Positions 27,115 to 37,335 are shown, counted from the stretch's first letter. The stretch: 64,000 bases of DNA from an uncultured Candidatus Saccharibacteria bacterium (GCA_964555185.1 CAZKRD010000003.1:19943-83942), one strand, 5' to 3'. Program-made: numbers and translations. The notes: generated from the letters alone by a model not told the origin.

Positions 27115-27255
27115 GGGCGACCATAAAGATCGCCCCTACAATCCCTACAGCGGTGTGATGATTTTCCACCGCTTTTTATTTTTAAAGGATTGGGCGACCA
27201 CATGGAGTCGCCCCTACGGGGATGCAACCGGGCGACTATAAAGGTCGCCCCTAGA
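27115..27255. repeat. three REP-like hairpin repeats GGGCGAC-N7-8-GTCGCCCCTA
   Basis: 27115-27139, 27192-27217, 27230-27255, between convergent genes. Confidence 0.75.
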
Positions 27256-29214
27256 TTATTCTTCCTCTTCTTCGTCTGCTTCCTCTTCTGGCGGTTCAGG
27301 AGTTGGTTCTGGTTTGGGCGGAGGCGGCGGTGGTTTTGGTTCTTCTTTTTTTTCTTCTTTTGGAGGGGTGCCTGCACCCACTAAAAAGACCGCTTTCCAA
27401 GGATAGTATTTTGAATAAAAACTGTCTTTTAGGATTTCCTCGCCATCGCGGGTAACCGTGCGGTGGAAGACCGTAGAGATACCTTTGTGGGCGCGTTCAA
27501 TCTGTTTTTTCTGGCCCGCAGGCAGGGTGTTGGTTTCAATCTGGGCTGGCTCGCCAGGTTCAATCCAACCCGAGATATAGACGGGGCCTTTGATTTCAAT
27601 TTTGCGATTGTCATCTGTGCCGTAGAAGTCAAAATAGAGCTTGTTGCCGGAAATTCGGCTCTGAATCAGGATATGGCCGTCGGTATTGTTTTTAAAGCGG
27701 ACATCAGGATGGGGGATATAGATCGTGGCGTCCATGCCGATCGGTTTGTAGTAACTGACCACATATCTATGGGGCTTCCGTTCTAAAATCGGCAGACCAG
27801 AGTAGATTGCCGACCGGAAGATGGTGGTTGAAACCTGGCATAACCCGCCGCCGAACTCTGGAATCGTGCCTTCGGGCTTGATCACCAATTCTGGCTTGTA
27901 ACCGGTCTGGGCGGAAACTTCGCCCAAGGTTTCAATCACGGAGAATTCCTGATCTGGTTTGATTAAGACACCATTGAATCTGCCCGCGCCGATCCGGATG
28001 TTGTGGCGGCGGTTAGCGGGTGATCCGGTAAAATCGGATTCACCCGTGCCAATCAAGGTTGTAATTCCCAGGTCATTGATGTTTTGGTTGCTGACGCTGG
28101 GAACGATTGTTTTGACGACGATTTCGGTTTGTCTTTCCGAGTCGGGAGTGTTATGAGTAAGCGCGGATTCAATCTGTTGAATAGTTGCCTCAAAGTCCAG
28201 TTCCTTCCCGTCCCGTCCGGGTTTAAACAGGGTGACCTTGCTTCCGGCCATTTTAAAGAGAGCGTTAATCGGCTCTTGGGAAAGCTCTGGGGCAATGCTT
28301 TCCAAAAAAGTACTAGTTTCGGCACGATTTAGAGTAAGCTTTAAGATTTTACTTGATTCTTTTCTTCCTAGATAATCAGAGACAGAGAGCGTGAAGTCTC
28401 TCAAAGACAATTTTCTTTCTTTTTTGAGGGGGGCAGGGCCTTTGCTTTTGATTAGATCTTCAGACAATTCAAAATCGATCCAGGAAATAATGGTTTCGGG
28501 ATTGATTGTCCAGTACTTTCCCTCCCAAGTCAGTTTTAAAGATTTGTTGCTTGCTTCTTGGGCAGCGCGGTAGGCCGGGAGGATGCCGATTCGGGTCAAT
28601 TCGGGCGCTTCTGTTTTCAGTCTGACCTCAATTCTGTTTTCGGAAAGACTATCTAAATTTTTTTTTATTTCTGCTTTTAACTTTTCAAAATTGACTTTTT
28701 TCCCTTCTTTTTCCGGGATGATGTAAAAACGGCTGTCTTTTAAAACCAGTTTGGCGGAGACAGGCTCTTCGCGAAGCAGAGAGAGGTTGTCGTGAAGGTA
28801 TTGATCAAGCCTGTCTGGATCCAGAGTATAGCGCATCGGCAGATCTGCTTGTCCCAAGACCAGGAGGATTTGATTTAATGTTCTTTTGGCTATATTTTTT
28901 TCGCGGCCCACATCAAAGGCCTGGTCTAGGGTTTTTTCAAGATCAAATTCAAGCGAGATATCCTCTTTTTTAATGTTCCACTCCCTTTGTTTGTAGAAGA
29001 TTTTAAAACTTTGGTTTTCAAAATAGCTGACCCGACCTTCCAAAATCTTAAAAGCCTGCTCGCGATTTTTTTTGCCTAAATTAAGACCTGCCACTCGGGT
29101 GCCGGGATAGATCCGATTAGCATAAGCTAAGCTAAAGACGGCAACAAGCGGGATGACGAGCAGGATGATCGCGATCAAGGCGAGCAGAATTTTTTTAGGG
29201 ATGGTCATTTTCAA
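27256..29214 (-). CDS. VanW family protein (N-terminal TM, C-terminal Pro/Glu-rich tail)
   Basis: GGGLCQVSTTIFRSAIYSGLPILERKPHRYVVSYYKPIGMDATI matches the VanW core. Confidence 0.75.
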   Translation of the reverse strand: MKMTIPKKILLALIAIILLVIPLVAVFSLAYANRIYPGTRVAGLNLGKKNREQAFKILEGRVSYFENQSFKIFYKQREWNIKKEDISLEFDLEKTLDQAFDVGREKNIAKRTLNQILLVLGQADLPMRYTLDPDRLDQYLHDNLSLLREEPVSAKLVLKDSRFYIIPEKEGKKVNFEKLKAEIKKNLDSLSENRIEVRLKTEAPELTRIGILPAYRAAQEASNKSLKLTWEGKYWTINPETIISWIDFELSEDLIKSKGPAPLKKERKLSLRDFTLSVSDYLGRKESSKILKLTLNRAETSTFLESIAPELSQEPINALFKMAGSKVTLFKPGRDGKELDFEATIQQIESALTHNTPDSERQTEIVVKTIVPSVSNQNINDLGITTLIGTGESDFTGSPANRRHNIRIGAGRFNGVLIKPDQEFSVIETLGEVSAQTGYKPELVIKPEGTIPEFGGGLCQVSTTIFRSAIYSGLPILERKPHRYVVSYYKPIGMDATIYIPHPDVRFKNNTDGHILIQSRISGNKLYFDFYGTDDNRKIEIKGPVYISGWIEPGEPAQIETNTLPAGQKKQIERAHKGISTVFHRTVTRDGEEILKDSFYSKYYPWKAVFLVGAGTPPKEEKKEEPKPPPPPPKPEPTPEPPEEEADEEEEE

Positions 29215-29359
29215 TGTTTTTGTTTAAAACAAAAATTAGAAACCTTCAAATTCCTCCTTATACTATAGCTAAAAAATTCTGTTTTTTCAACCAAAAACCC
29301 CGCAACACAAAGTACAAAGTTCTTCGGGGTTTTTTGGATAGAATTTTATTGAATACGTT

Positions 29360-31933
29360 TTAATCCTCTTCTTCCTCTTTCGGTTCTGGCTCTGGCACTG
29401 GTTCTGGAGAGATTTTGGCTCTCAGGCTTTGAATTTTTTGTTTCACTTGTTCATTATCAGGATTTAATTCTTGCACTTTGCTCATTTGCTCCAAGGCCAG
29501 ATCAAGTTCTCCTAAAGTTTCATAAGCCAAAGCCAGACTGTAGCGGGCGTTAGCGTGATTTGGATTCAAACCAATTACGAGAGTAAAAGCATTGACCGCG
29601 CGGACAAAATCAGGATTTTCTTCAAGATTATTCTGGTTTTCCGACATCGCTTTGTTGTAAGAGAGGCGGCCGACTTCATAGATTACTTCTTGATTTTTTG
29701 GGGCCAGCTGATAACAGATTCCAATTCGCTCTAAAGCTTCTTGGAGTTGATTCTTTTTTTCAAAAATTAGGGCGAGGTAATAATGGGCGGCGAGGTAATC
29801 CGCCTTTAACTCCACTGCCTTTTGAAAGGCTTCTTCGGCTTTGATGTAGCCTTCTTCCTGTTCTGCTCCTTCGGAAAGCCCTGCTTTCAGCATATAGGCG
29901 CGGCCCAGTTTGGCCGCAAAGACGGGGTTGGTTGGCTCGAGCTCCTGCGCTTTTTCATAAGATTTGATTACCCAGTCGTTAGCATCCTGGGAGTAGAGCG
30001 TGGTGTTTTCATAGACCTGGCCCCGCGCTTCCCAGAAGTTGACATTCTGAGGCACAAGATCGGTAGCCTGCTTTGACTGATTGATGCCGTTGGCGATTAA
30101 GAGTTGAATCAGATTGATGTCAGCGGCATCACCTTTGGTTGCTTCTATGTTTGCCTGGGTTAAATAATTTTGAGCTAAGGCTAAATAGTAGATCGGACGG
30201 TGTTGATTTAGTTCCAGGGCGCGGTTAAAGAGACGAGTTGCTTCATTATAGTTTTGTTCGGAAGCTTTTTCTAAAGCCTTTTGGTGATAAGCGTCTGCCA
30301 AGTAGATCCGTCCTAAGTAGCTGAATAGGATGGCGACTGCAGAGAGGGCAGCAACAAAGGTAAAGGAGAGAAGAAGGGCATACTTAGGAGAGGCCTTGAA
30401 AGACAAGGTGAATTTTCTAAATTCATACGGTCGATAGATGCTGATGATAGCCATAATCAAACCCATCGAGAGCCAAAAAAAGGTTTGAAGCGTGGTATTA
30501 GTGGAATTTAAAAATCCGGCAAAGAATAGAGAGGCCCAGCCAGCGATCAAGCCGAGGGCAATGAAGTCAATGCGGGATTCCCGCTTTACTCCTTGTTCTT
30601 CCTCTTCTTCTTCGCCTTCTTTGATTTCTCGGATAGGGATAGATCTGGATTTTAAATCTAACTCATTCTCATCTTTTTTTGGTGTCTCTAATTCTTCTTC
30701 CTCTTTGAATTTTTCAAAGAAAGAGCTCGTTTTTCCAGGACCTCTCTGATTATTAGCGAGCGGCCCTTCTTTAAAAACAGATGGTCTGTTTCGTCCCTTT
30801 TTGATTAAAATTAAACTGGATGAGCCGATGAAGACCAAGACGATTACGGTCAGGGCGAGTACGCCCAATACCCCGGTCGTGGCCAAGGATTCAAAATAGA
30901 CGTTGTTTGCTTTTTCAAACCTTACATTCCAAAGGATGTTGCGGTTAAAACGGGCTGGACGATATTGAGAAAAGTCATAACTAAAGGTTTCGGGCCCAGA
31001 GCCAAAAAGGAAATTAAAGAAGCCGGACCAGACTGTTTTTCGGCTGATCTCCCAAGACAGTTTATTGCTTAAAGATACCTCGCTAGGCAAGTTTCCTTTT
31101 ATCACCGAGGGTATGCCCAAGGTGGCGCCAAAGATCGCGACCAGCAAGAGGATTCCGGGGACAACCAGCCATTTCTTGGCTAAATAGTCTTTACTCTTGG
31201 CAATGCCAAAACCCAAAATTGCAAACATAGCTAGAATTAGTACATACCACCCCACTTTAAAATTGATTATATTCATCAGGACCCAGTTTGCAATAATCAG
31301 AATCAGAACTAATATCCTGAAGATTAACTTCATTCTGGTCTTTAAGAGGAAGGCGACAGCCAGACAGAGGGTAAAGGTCAAAAAGACTGTTAAGCTCATC
31401 AAGCTGCCCACGGGATTGAAGGAATTGATTTTGGTCAGCTCAAAAGGGAGAATGAAAACGTTGAAGATCTGAAGAAGAGTGTAGACAACCAGGAGGGCTG
31501 TTGAAGCAAGGAGAGCTATCCCGAGCCTAATGATTTTTTTGGCGGTGTTTAAGTTGCTGACAACGAGAAAATAGAGGAGAGCATAGAAAACAACCGTGAT
31601 TAATCCTGTTGAACCTTGGCCGTAAGCGCCCAGGATGCTGCTTACTTTATCTTGAGAAAATATTGTGGCGAGGGCATAGATAATCAAGAAAGCAATAATC
31701 GGGATATCAAGCGGCGTGCGCTTGATAATCATTTTTTTGCCTTGAATCCCCTTGGCAAACCAAGCGAGGTAGCCGATCAGGACAGTAGCGAAGAGTAAGA
31801 GTTGCTTTGAGAATTCCAGAACGCGAGGCGTGAAGGGGAGAAAAAAGAGCGGAAGCAAAAAGACTAAAAGAATCAACGACCAAAAAATAACCTGGTCGCA
31901 AGTTAGAGACACTTTCTCTTTGATACTAATCAT
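29360..31933 (-). CDS. polytopic membrane protein (O-antigen ligase/Wzy-like) with C-terminal TPR repeats
   Basis: >10 predicted TM helices in the first ~480 aa, E-rich linker, then TPR-like helical repeats. Confidence 0.45.
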   Translation of the reverse strand: MISIKEKVSLTCDQVIFWSLILLVFLLPLFFLPFTPRVLEFSKQLLLFATVLIGYLAWFAKGIQGKKMIIKRTPLDIPIIAFLIIYALATIFSQDKVSSILGAYGQGSTGLITVVFYALLYFLVVSNLNTAKKIIRLGIALLASTALLVVYTLLQIFNVFILPFELTKINSFNPVGSLMSLTVFLTFTLCLAVAFLLKTRMKLIFRILVLILIIANWVLMNIINFKVGWYVLILAMFAILGFGIAKSKDYLAKKWLVVPGILLLVAIFGATLGIPSVIKGNLPSEVSLSNKLSWEISRKTVWSGFFNFLFGSGPETFSYDFSQYRPARFNRNILWNVRFEKANNVYFESLATTGVLGVLALTVIVLVFIGSSSLILIKKGRNRPSVFKEGPLANNQRGPGKTSSFFEKFKEEEELETPKKDENELDLKSRSIPIREIKEGEEEEEEQGVKRESRIDFIALGLIAGWASLFFAGFLNSTNTTLQTFFWLSMGLIMAIISIYRPYEFRKFTLSFKASPKYALLLSFTFVAALSAVAILFSYLGRIYLADAYHQKALEKASEQNYNEATRLFNRALELNQHRPIYYLALAQNYLTQANIEATKGDAADINLIQLLIANGINQSKQATDLVPQNVNFWEARGQVYENTTLYSQDANDWVIKSYEKAQELEPTNPVFAAKLGRAYMLKAGLSEGAEQEEGYIKAEEAFQKAVELKADYLAAHYYLALIFEKKNQLQEALERIGICYQLAPKNQEVIYEVGRLSYNKAMSENQNNLEENPDFVRAVNAFTLVIGLNPNHANARYSLALAYETLGELDLALEQMSKVQELNPDNEQVKQKIQSLRAKISPEPVPEPEPKEEEED

Positions 31934-31952
31934 GGTTTTTGAATATTATTTT

Positions 31953-32426
31953 TTATTTAGCTTCCACCGCGATCGTTTTTGTTTTTGCTTTTGAGGCCTT
32001 GGGGAGGGTAATGGTCAGGATTCCGTTTGTAAGCTGGGCTTTGATTTTTTCCGTTTCTACGTCCACCGGCAGGATTACAGACCGGGAAAAGGGACCCCAA
32101 TAACATTCCTGATAATAGTAGTCTTCTGGTTTAATCTGGGCGTCATTTTTTCTTGTTCCTTTAATCGTCAACATATCGTTGTTGATTGTTACGTCCAAGT
32201 CTTCGGGTCTAACGCCGGCAATCGTTGATTTGATCACTATATCATTCGGAGTCTGGTAGACGTCAATCGTGAGCTGTCCTTCATAATCCCCGGCAGCTTC
32301 TTCTGTTGCTTGCGGGTTTTCTTTCTTGTCGGGATCAGGGTTCTTGTCTTGAAGTTTTGTCGGCAGGTTTTCAATCGGAGTGTTTTTAGCGCCTGCTAGT
32401 TTTTCTAAGAAATGCTTTTTAGCCAT
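31953..32426 (-). CDS. Hsp20/alpha-crystallin family small heat-shock protein
   Basis: alpha-crystallin domain ...DVTINNDMLTIKGTRK...GILTITLPK. Confidence 0.85.
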   Translation of the reverse strand: MAKKHFLEKLAGAKNTPIENLPTKLQDKNPDPDKKENPQATEEAAGDYEGQLTIDVYQTPNDIVIKSTIAGVRPEDLDVTINNDMLTIKGTRKNDAQIKPEDYYYQECYWGPFSRSVILPVDVETEKIKAQLTNGILTITLPKASKAKTKTIAVEAK

Positions 32427-32484
32427 TTATGTTTTCCTTTCTGCCCGTCTCTATCTTTTATGATAGCAAACAGGCTTTGATTGT

Positions 32485-33240
32485 TTACTGATTATGTTTG
32501 TTGGCTTGCTGTTTCTCAAAGTCGTTTGGGACGCCTTGGCCGTTTCCCGGATTACTTCTCGAAAGCATGCGGGCCCGTCTTCTCTTTAATCCTTTGATCA
32601 GCTGGTTTAGCGTGACAAATCCTCCGATGACGATAATGACCAAGAGGGGAATCGTGACGCTGATCCCGATTGTGATCACAAAGTTATAGGCGCCGTGAAT
32701 GATGATCGCGATCAAGAGGCCGCGGCGGATCAAGCTTTTTTCTCTTTTTGGGTTAAAGCGCGCGCGCCCCAGATAATAGCCGACAATCCCGGAAGCAAAG
32801 GCGTGCATCAAGGTCGCGCTAAAAAAACGCAGGAGGATGATGCTTGGCCCGTTGCCTAAAGTGGCCATCACATTCTCGAGGGAGGCAAAGCCAAGGCCTG
32901 CTACTGTGCCGTAGATGATGCCGTCAAGCCGTTGGTCAAATTCCGGACGTTTATAGACCTTTCGCTTGATGACCAGGTATTTAAGGTATTCTTCAATCGG
33001 CGCGATTACCAGGAAGGTCCCCCAGATGATTTGACTTATGCTTTCATTGAGGGAATAGGGCATAATGTAGTCAACCACAAACTCAAGGAGCGCGGCCGGA
33101 ATCGTGGCCAACATGCCCCAGACAAAGATTTTGAACACGAGGCGCAGAGGCTCTGGTTCTTCTTTGTCTTTCCGCCGGTAAAAGATCAACCAAAAAATAC
33201 CAGGCCCCAGCGCAATCAGCGCGTAGAGGATGATCAGCAT
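32485..33240 (-). CDS. PrsW family intramembrane metalloprotease
   Basis: EExxK (IEEYLK), FxxxE (FASLEN), HxxxxxxxG (HAFASGIVG), HxxxN (HGAYN) motifs in a polytopic membrane protein. Confidence 0.75.
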   Translation of the reverse strand: MLIILYALIALGPGIFWLIFYRRKDKEEPEPLRLVFKIFVWGMLATIPAALLEFVVDYIMPYSLNESISQIIWGTFLVIAPIEEYLKYLVIKRKVYKRPEFDQRLDGIIYGTVAGLGFASLENVMATLGNGPSIILLRFFSATLMHAFASGIVGYYLGRARFNPKREKSLIRRGLLIAIIIHGAYNFVITIGISVTIPLLVIIVIGGFVTLNQLIKGLKRRRARMLSRSNPGNGQGVPNDFEKQQANKHNQ

Positions 33241-33450
33241 AAAATCAGGTCATTATGGATTGTCTTACCTCTCCATTATAGCAGGATTGCCAAGCAAAAA
33301 CAAAAGACGGTGGATAATTTCTTTGGTAAAGAGCACTCTTATATTTAATAACGATTGATTGGGGATAATACTGCAGGGATGATATAATAAAAGGGATTCT
33401 AGTTTTCTTGGTTCTTTGAGATCATAATCATACTGTGAGGGGTGTTTTAG

Positions 33451-35976
33451 ATGAAGAGAAGGTTCAGAGCGGTAGTGATCGTTTTGTTGTTTTTATTGTT
33501 TCTGGGGAATCAGGTTTTGGCCCAAGCACAAGAGGAAGATCCAGAGATTCAGAGAGCGCGGCAGTATATCCGCACCGTTTTTCGGATCACCACGATTTCG
33601 GATAAGGTTTTAAACATTGCCTTAGGGGAGAAATTCAACGGAATCCCTTGGCTCAAGTGGATCGGTTTTCTGATTAGCGGGGATCAGATTTATGAAGAAT
33701 TCTCAATAGGGGATTATTATCGAGGGATTTACCTCGCAATCCAGACCGGGTTCGACAAGATTTTAGTTGAAGCCTTAGAGCTTGTTGGTTTTGGGGGGAT
33801 TGCTAAGACAGCGAGGCTTGCTTTCTCGCCAATTGAAAGGGCTTTATTGGAATTCTATGACAACGCGGTGGCTGTCGCGATTCAAAACCAGATTAGTCTC
33901 TATCTTGAGGCGCGGCGTTTAGGATATTCTCATCAGGAGATTTTAGACCAAGAGGATGGAGACGGAGAGCTGTTTTTCACAGACGATGGTTGGTTGTACA
34001 TTGCTGGTGATTTAACAATCCCTCCCTTTGGCGCTGTCAGGCCGGGACACAACAAGCGGGAAGATGTTTACGATCTTGCTCGTGATGTTTATTTAACGCT
34101 TCAAGCCCAAGTCGTTTATTCAGAAGAAAAAGAGGAGTTGGGCGAGAAATTTTTAGAAAGGGTTTTGGGAGTTAGCCAGGCAATCGGCAGTGCTGATCTT
34201 GCTTTGGTCATTGACCGTTCCGGGAGCATGACTTATCCGATGACGAATTCAGACTCCCGTTCGCGTTTGGCAGTGGCAAAAGTCGCGGCTGAAGCTTTTG
34301 CCGATCTTGTCTGGCCCGAAGATTACTGCGCGGTCGTGGATTTTGCCGGTGATGTTGATGTTCCAGGTCAAGGCTATTTCGAAAGTAGCAATGAAATTAA
34401 AGAGCTGATCAGGGGCATTGAAGTTGGCAGTTGGAATGGGACAGCAATCGGATTGGCTCTCTATGCCTGCTTTAAGGGTTTTAAGACCCTGCCCCATCCC
34501 AATAACCAGTTGATTTTGCTTTTGACCGATGGCGCGAACAACCGAGATCCTGACCCTTTTGAAGTGATTCCCGAGGACAGCTGTCCTGTTTTTACGATCG
34601 GGTTTGGCTCGGGCGAAGAATACAATGAACCGATGCTCCAGGAAATTGCTAAAGTTACAGGCGGGATGTACAAGCACGTGGATTTTGGTTCTCCGGAAGA
34701 GCTTGCTGACTTCTTTGCTTTTATCGGGGGCTTAATGCACGGAGCGAGCACTGCCTTAAAAGAAAGAGGATACATCAATCAAGAACAAACAGTAGAACAC
34801 AGGTTTAGAATCGGAGACGATGTCGGTTTAGCCCAGATCAATCTTAGTTGGGGCGGGAGTACTTTAGGAGCCCAGATTATCGGGCCGGCAGGCGCTTTAA
34901 TCTTGCCAGACAGGAGAGGCGAAGTTTATTTGGGCTTTGACTTGGCAGTCCCCTCCCTTGGTCAATACAGAATTGAAATAAAAGGGGAGAGCGTGAGCCC
35001 GGGCGGTGAACCTTATGTTTTAAGCGTGGCCACGGTCAGTTCGGTGATTGCCAATTTTCATCCTTTCAAGTCTCTTTATGCTTTAGGTGAAGCGATTGAG
35101 ATTAGGATTTCTGCCAAACAAAAAGGGGAGGATTATGTTCTCAAATCCCTTCCCTGCACAGTGGTTTTGTGGATTTGCGATCCTGATGGTCAGGTTTTAG
35201 AAAAAGAGGGGGATCTTTGTCAATATATTCCAGAAATCCCCGGTCCCTATTTGATCCGGGCCGAGATTTCGGGCGTGGATTTAGAGGGCGAGCCCTTTCA
35301 AAGAATTTTGGAAGAGCGGATCTGGGCCGGTTCACGGGAGGCTTTGACCATTAATCCAGATTCTCTGGCGCCGGCGCCAAACTCTGTGATTTATAAGCGG
35401 AAGCCCTGTATTTCTGCTCAAATTTTAGGGCCGAGCTCTAATTTGAATCCAGAAGCTTGGAGTCTGGCGATAGACGGGACAGAGGCAGAATTTGAGTTTA
35501 ACGAGGTTGATCAAATCATATCTTGGGTCCCTTCCAGCTACCTTGCTTTTGGCGAGCACAATGTCATTTTGACCATCGTGGACAGAGAGGGACAGGGCCC
35601 ACCGCCGCTTCATTGGTCTTTTCAGATTGAGTTTAACGAATTAGCGGTTTCCGAGAATATTACAGTAGAAGAAAAAGATGGTTTAGGGGAACAGGTGGAT
35701 TTTAGGGATTTATGGGCAATCAACTTTCCCAACCCCTTTTTTAACGAAACCACATTCGCTGTTTGGCTGGAAAGAAAAGCAGAGATTCAGATCGAGGTGT
35801 TTACTGCAGGCGGTCAGAAGGTGGCTTCTTTTACTTTTTCCGGACAGCCAGGGCATAACAAGATTCCTTGGCAAGCTCAAAACAGCCAAGGAGAAATTCT
35901 GGCCAGCGGCATCTATTTTTATTCTGTCAAGACGCAAGAATCTAGTTTGCAACGAAAGATGTTGATTTTGAAGTAA
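33451..35976 (+). CDS. secreted von Willebrand factor A domain protein with C-terminal sorting-domain-like beta segment
   Basis: Signal peptide; MIDAS LVIDRSGSM ... LLTDGANN; C-terminal ~80 aa resembles T9SS/Por-type C-terminal domains. Confidence 0.6.
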   Translation: MKRRFRAVVIVLLFLLFLGNQVLAQAQEEDPEIQRARQYIRTVFRITTISDKVLNIALGEKFNGIPWLKWIGFLISGDQIYEEFSIGDYYRGIYLAIQTGFDKILVEALELVGFGGIAKTARLAFSPIERALLEFYDNAVAVAIQNQISLYLEARRLGYSHQEILDQEDGDGELFFTDDGWLYIAGDLTIPPFGAVRPGHNKREDVYDLARDVYLTLQAQVVYSEEKEELGEKFLERVLGVSQAIGSADLALVIDRSGSMTYPMTNSDSRSRLAVAKVAAEAFADLVWPEDYCAVVDFAGDVDVPGQGYFESSNEIKELIRGIEVGSWNGTAIGLALYACFKGFKTLPHPNNQLILLLTDGANNRDPDPFEVIPEDSCPVFTIGFGSGEEYNEPMLQEIAKVTGGMYKHVDFGSPEELADFFAFIGGLMHGASTALKERGYINQEQTVEHRFRIGDDVGLAQINLSWGGSTLGAQIIGPAGALILPDRRGEVYLGFDLAVPSLGQYRIEIKGESVSPGGEPYVLSVATVSSVIANFHPFKSLYALGEAIEIRISAKQKGEDYVLKSLPCTVVLWICDPDGQVLEKEGDLCQYIPEIPGPYLIRAEISGVDLEGEPFQRILEERIWAGSREALTINPDSLAPAPNSVIYKRKPCISAQILGPSSNLNPEAWSLAIDGTEAEFEFNEVDQIISWVPSSYLAFGEHNVILTIVDREGQGPPPLHWSFQIEFNELAVSENITVEEKDGLGEQVDFRDLWAINFPNPFFNETTFAVWLERKAEIQIEVFTAGGQKVASFTFSGQPGHNKIPWQAQNSQGEILASGIYFYSVKTQESSLQRKMLILK

Positions 35977-36022
35977 CAGAGGATTATCCTCAATAATCCT
36001 CTTTTTTAGTTTTTCCCATTTC

Positions 36023-36092
36023 CTGTCATTGCGAGCGACCAGAGGGAGCGAAGCCGCCGATACCGGGTGGTCACCCGTAGGGTGACAATCTC
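36023..36092 (+). repeat. 70-bp direct repeat, copy 1
   Basis: ctgtcattgcgagcgaccagagggagcgaagccGccgataccgggtggtcacccgTagggtgacaatctc. Confidence 0.85.
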
Positions 36093-36165
36093 ATAAACAG
36101 CAAGGATAGACCATTTTTTATTTTTTGGAGATTACTTCAGTTCACAGCGGCATTACCATCTTCTA

Positions 36166-36194
36166 TTGACACAGGCGACATTTTATGATACAAT
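36166..36194 (+). promoter_or_regulatory. consensus sigma70-like promoter TTGACA-N17-TACAAT
   Basis: ttgaca 36166-36171, tacaat 36189-36194; ~170-nt structured leader follows (perfect 9-bp inverted repeat gtaacactc/gagtgttac). Confidence 0.5.
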
Positions 36195-36369
36195 ATGGAG
36201 TATTTGAAAAAAGAACTAGATTTGGGCTTAAATAAAGGGAATTTAGGCCTTAATTTAGCCCTTTGGACAATGTTTTTATCAGGCTTTTCATGTATTTTCG
36301 TGCTTATGAAGTAACACTCGCCTGACAGACAGGAAGGAGTGTTACAAAAGAAGGATAAGGAGTCAAAGA

Positions 36370-37206
36370 ATGAAAAAGTTCAGTTTGGTTATGGCGATGG
36401 TCCTGGTAGTTGGTGTGGTTGGTTTTCTGGCTGGCTGTGGCGGTTCGGGTATGGATATAACTGTCCCGGAAGGCGGGACAATTAGTGTTACTCGGAATTC
36501 TGTGCTTGTGCATGTGCCTGCTGGCACACAGCTAAATGTAAGCACAGGAGGACAACAGGTAGCGGCAAAGTCCAGGGTAGCGGCAAAGTCCGAGAGTGAG
36601 AGAAAGGCGACCCAGACCGAAGTCAGGCAACCCGAAACGTGGGTGGCCGAGGAAGCTGGTTATTATTATGCCAGCAGTACGAAAATGTCGAGTACTCGCG
36701 ACTTCGCTCTGACCGAAGCTCGCCGGATGGCTGTGTCGAGCTTATTCGGTAAGCTCCCGGCAAACGTTGACCGGAAGGACCTTCCGGGCGACGCGGTTGA
36801 AAAGGTAGATGAGGCCGTGTCTATGTCCGGTAGTTTTTACCGGGCAACGGTCAAGGTTCGTGTCTCTAAGGCTCTTGTAGACAAGGTCATCGCGGCGAAG
36901 AAGGGCCCTCAAGTCGAGTTAATTGAACTCGATAAGGACATCTATACCGATCAGGACCGTCGGTACTACTATGTTGATGGTTTTGAAACATCGAGCAACC
37001 AGCAGTTTGCCCTTGACGGCGCTGCTCACGACGCGAGGATCCGCCTTGCACGCTACTTCAACGATAGACTGAACATTATCATTGAAGTCAGCGAGATAGG
37101 GGGACAGGTTGTGAGTCAGGGGGCCAAGAGAAACGACAGCGGTCGTTATGAAGGGACCGTTAGAATAAAGATTCCCCGTGCTGGTCTTCGAACGACGCAA
37201 GACTGA
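36370..37206 (+). CDS. lipoprotein, higher GC than surroundings
   Basis: Lipobox FLAGCGG; 278 aa. Confidence 0.5.
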   Translation: MKKFSLVMAMVLVVGVVGFLAGCGGSGMDITVPEGGTISVTRNSVLVHVPAGTQLNVSTGGQQVAAKSRVAAKSESERKATQTEVRQPETWVAEEAGYYYASSTKMSSTRDFALTEARRMAVSSLFGKLPANVDRKDLPGDAVEKVDEAVSMSGSFYRATVKVRVSKALVDKVIAAKKGPQVELIELDKDIYTDQDRRYYYVDGFETSSNQQFALDGAAHDARIRLARYFNDRLNIIIEVSEIGGQVVSQGAKRNDSGRYEGTVRIKIPRAGLRTTQD

Positions 37207-37226
37207 CTAGACAGAAGTCTAGTCCA

Positions 37227-37262
37227 GGGACGAGAGCAATTAACTCGTCCCTATTTTTTTTA
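37227..37262 (+). terminator. rho-independent terminator
   Basis: gggacgag-N9-ctcgtccc then TATTTTTTTT. Confidence 0.65.
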
Positions 37263-37265
37263 TTT

Positions 37266-37335
37266 CTGTCATTGCGAGCGACCAGAGGGAGCGAAGCCAC
37301 CGATACCGGGTGGTCACCCGCAGGGTGACAATCTC
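37266..37335 (+). repeat. 70-bp direct repeat, copy 2
   Basis: 68/70 identical to 36023..36092. Confidence 0.85.

Noticed and set aside
27115-27255. Possible CRISPR array (three similar palindromic repeats)
   Set aside because: Only three units, irregular spacing (77 and 38 bp), repeats not identical, no cas genes nearby; fits REP-like hairpins better
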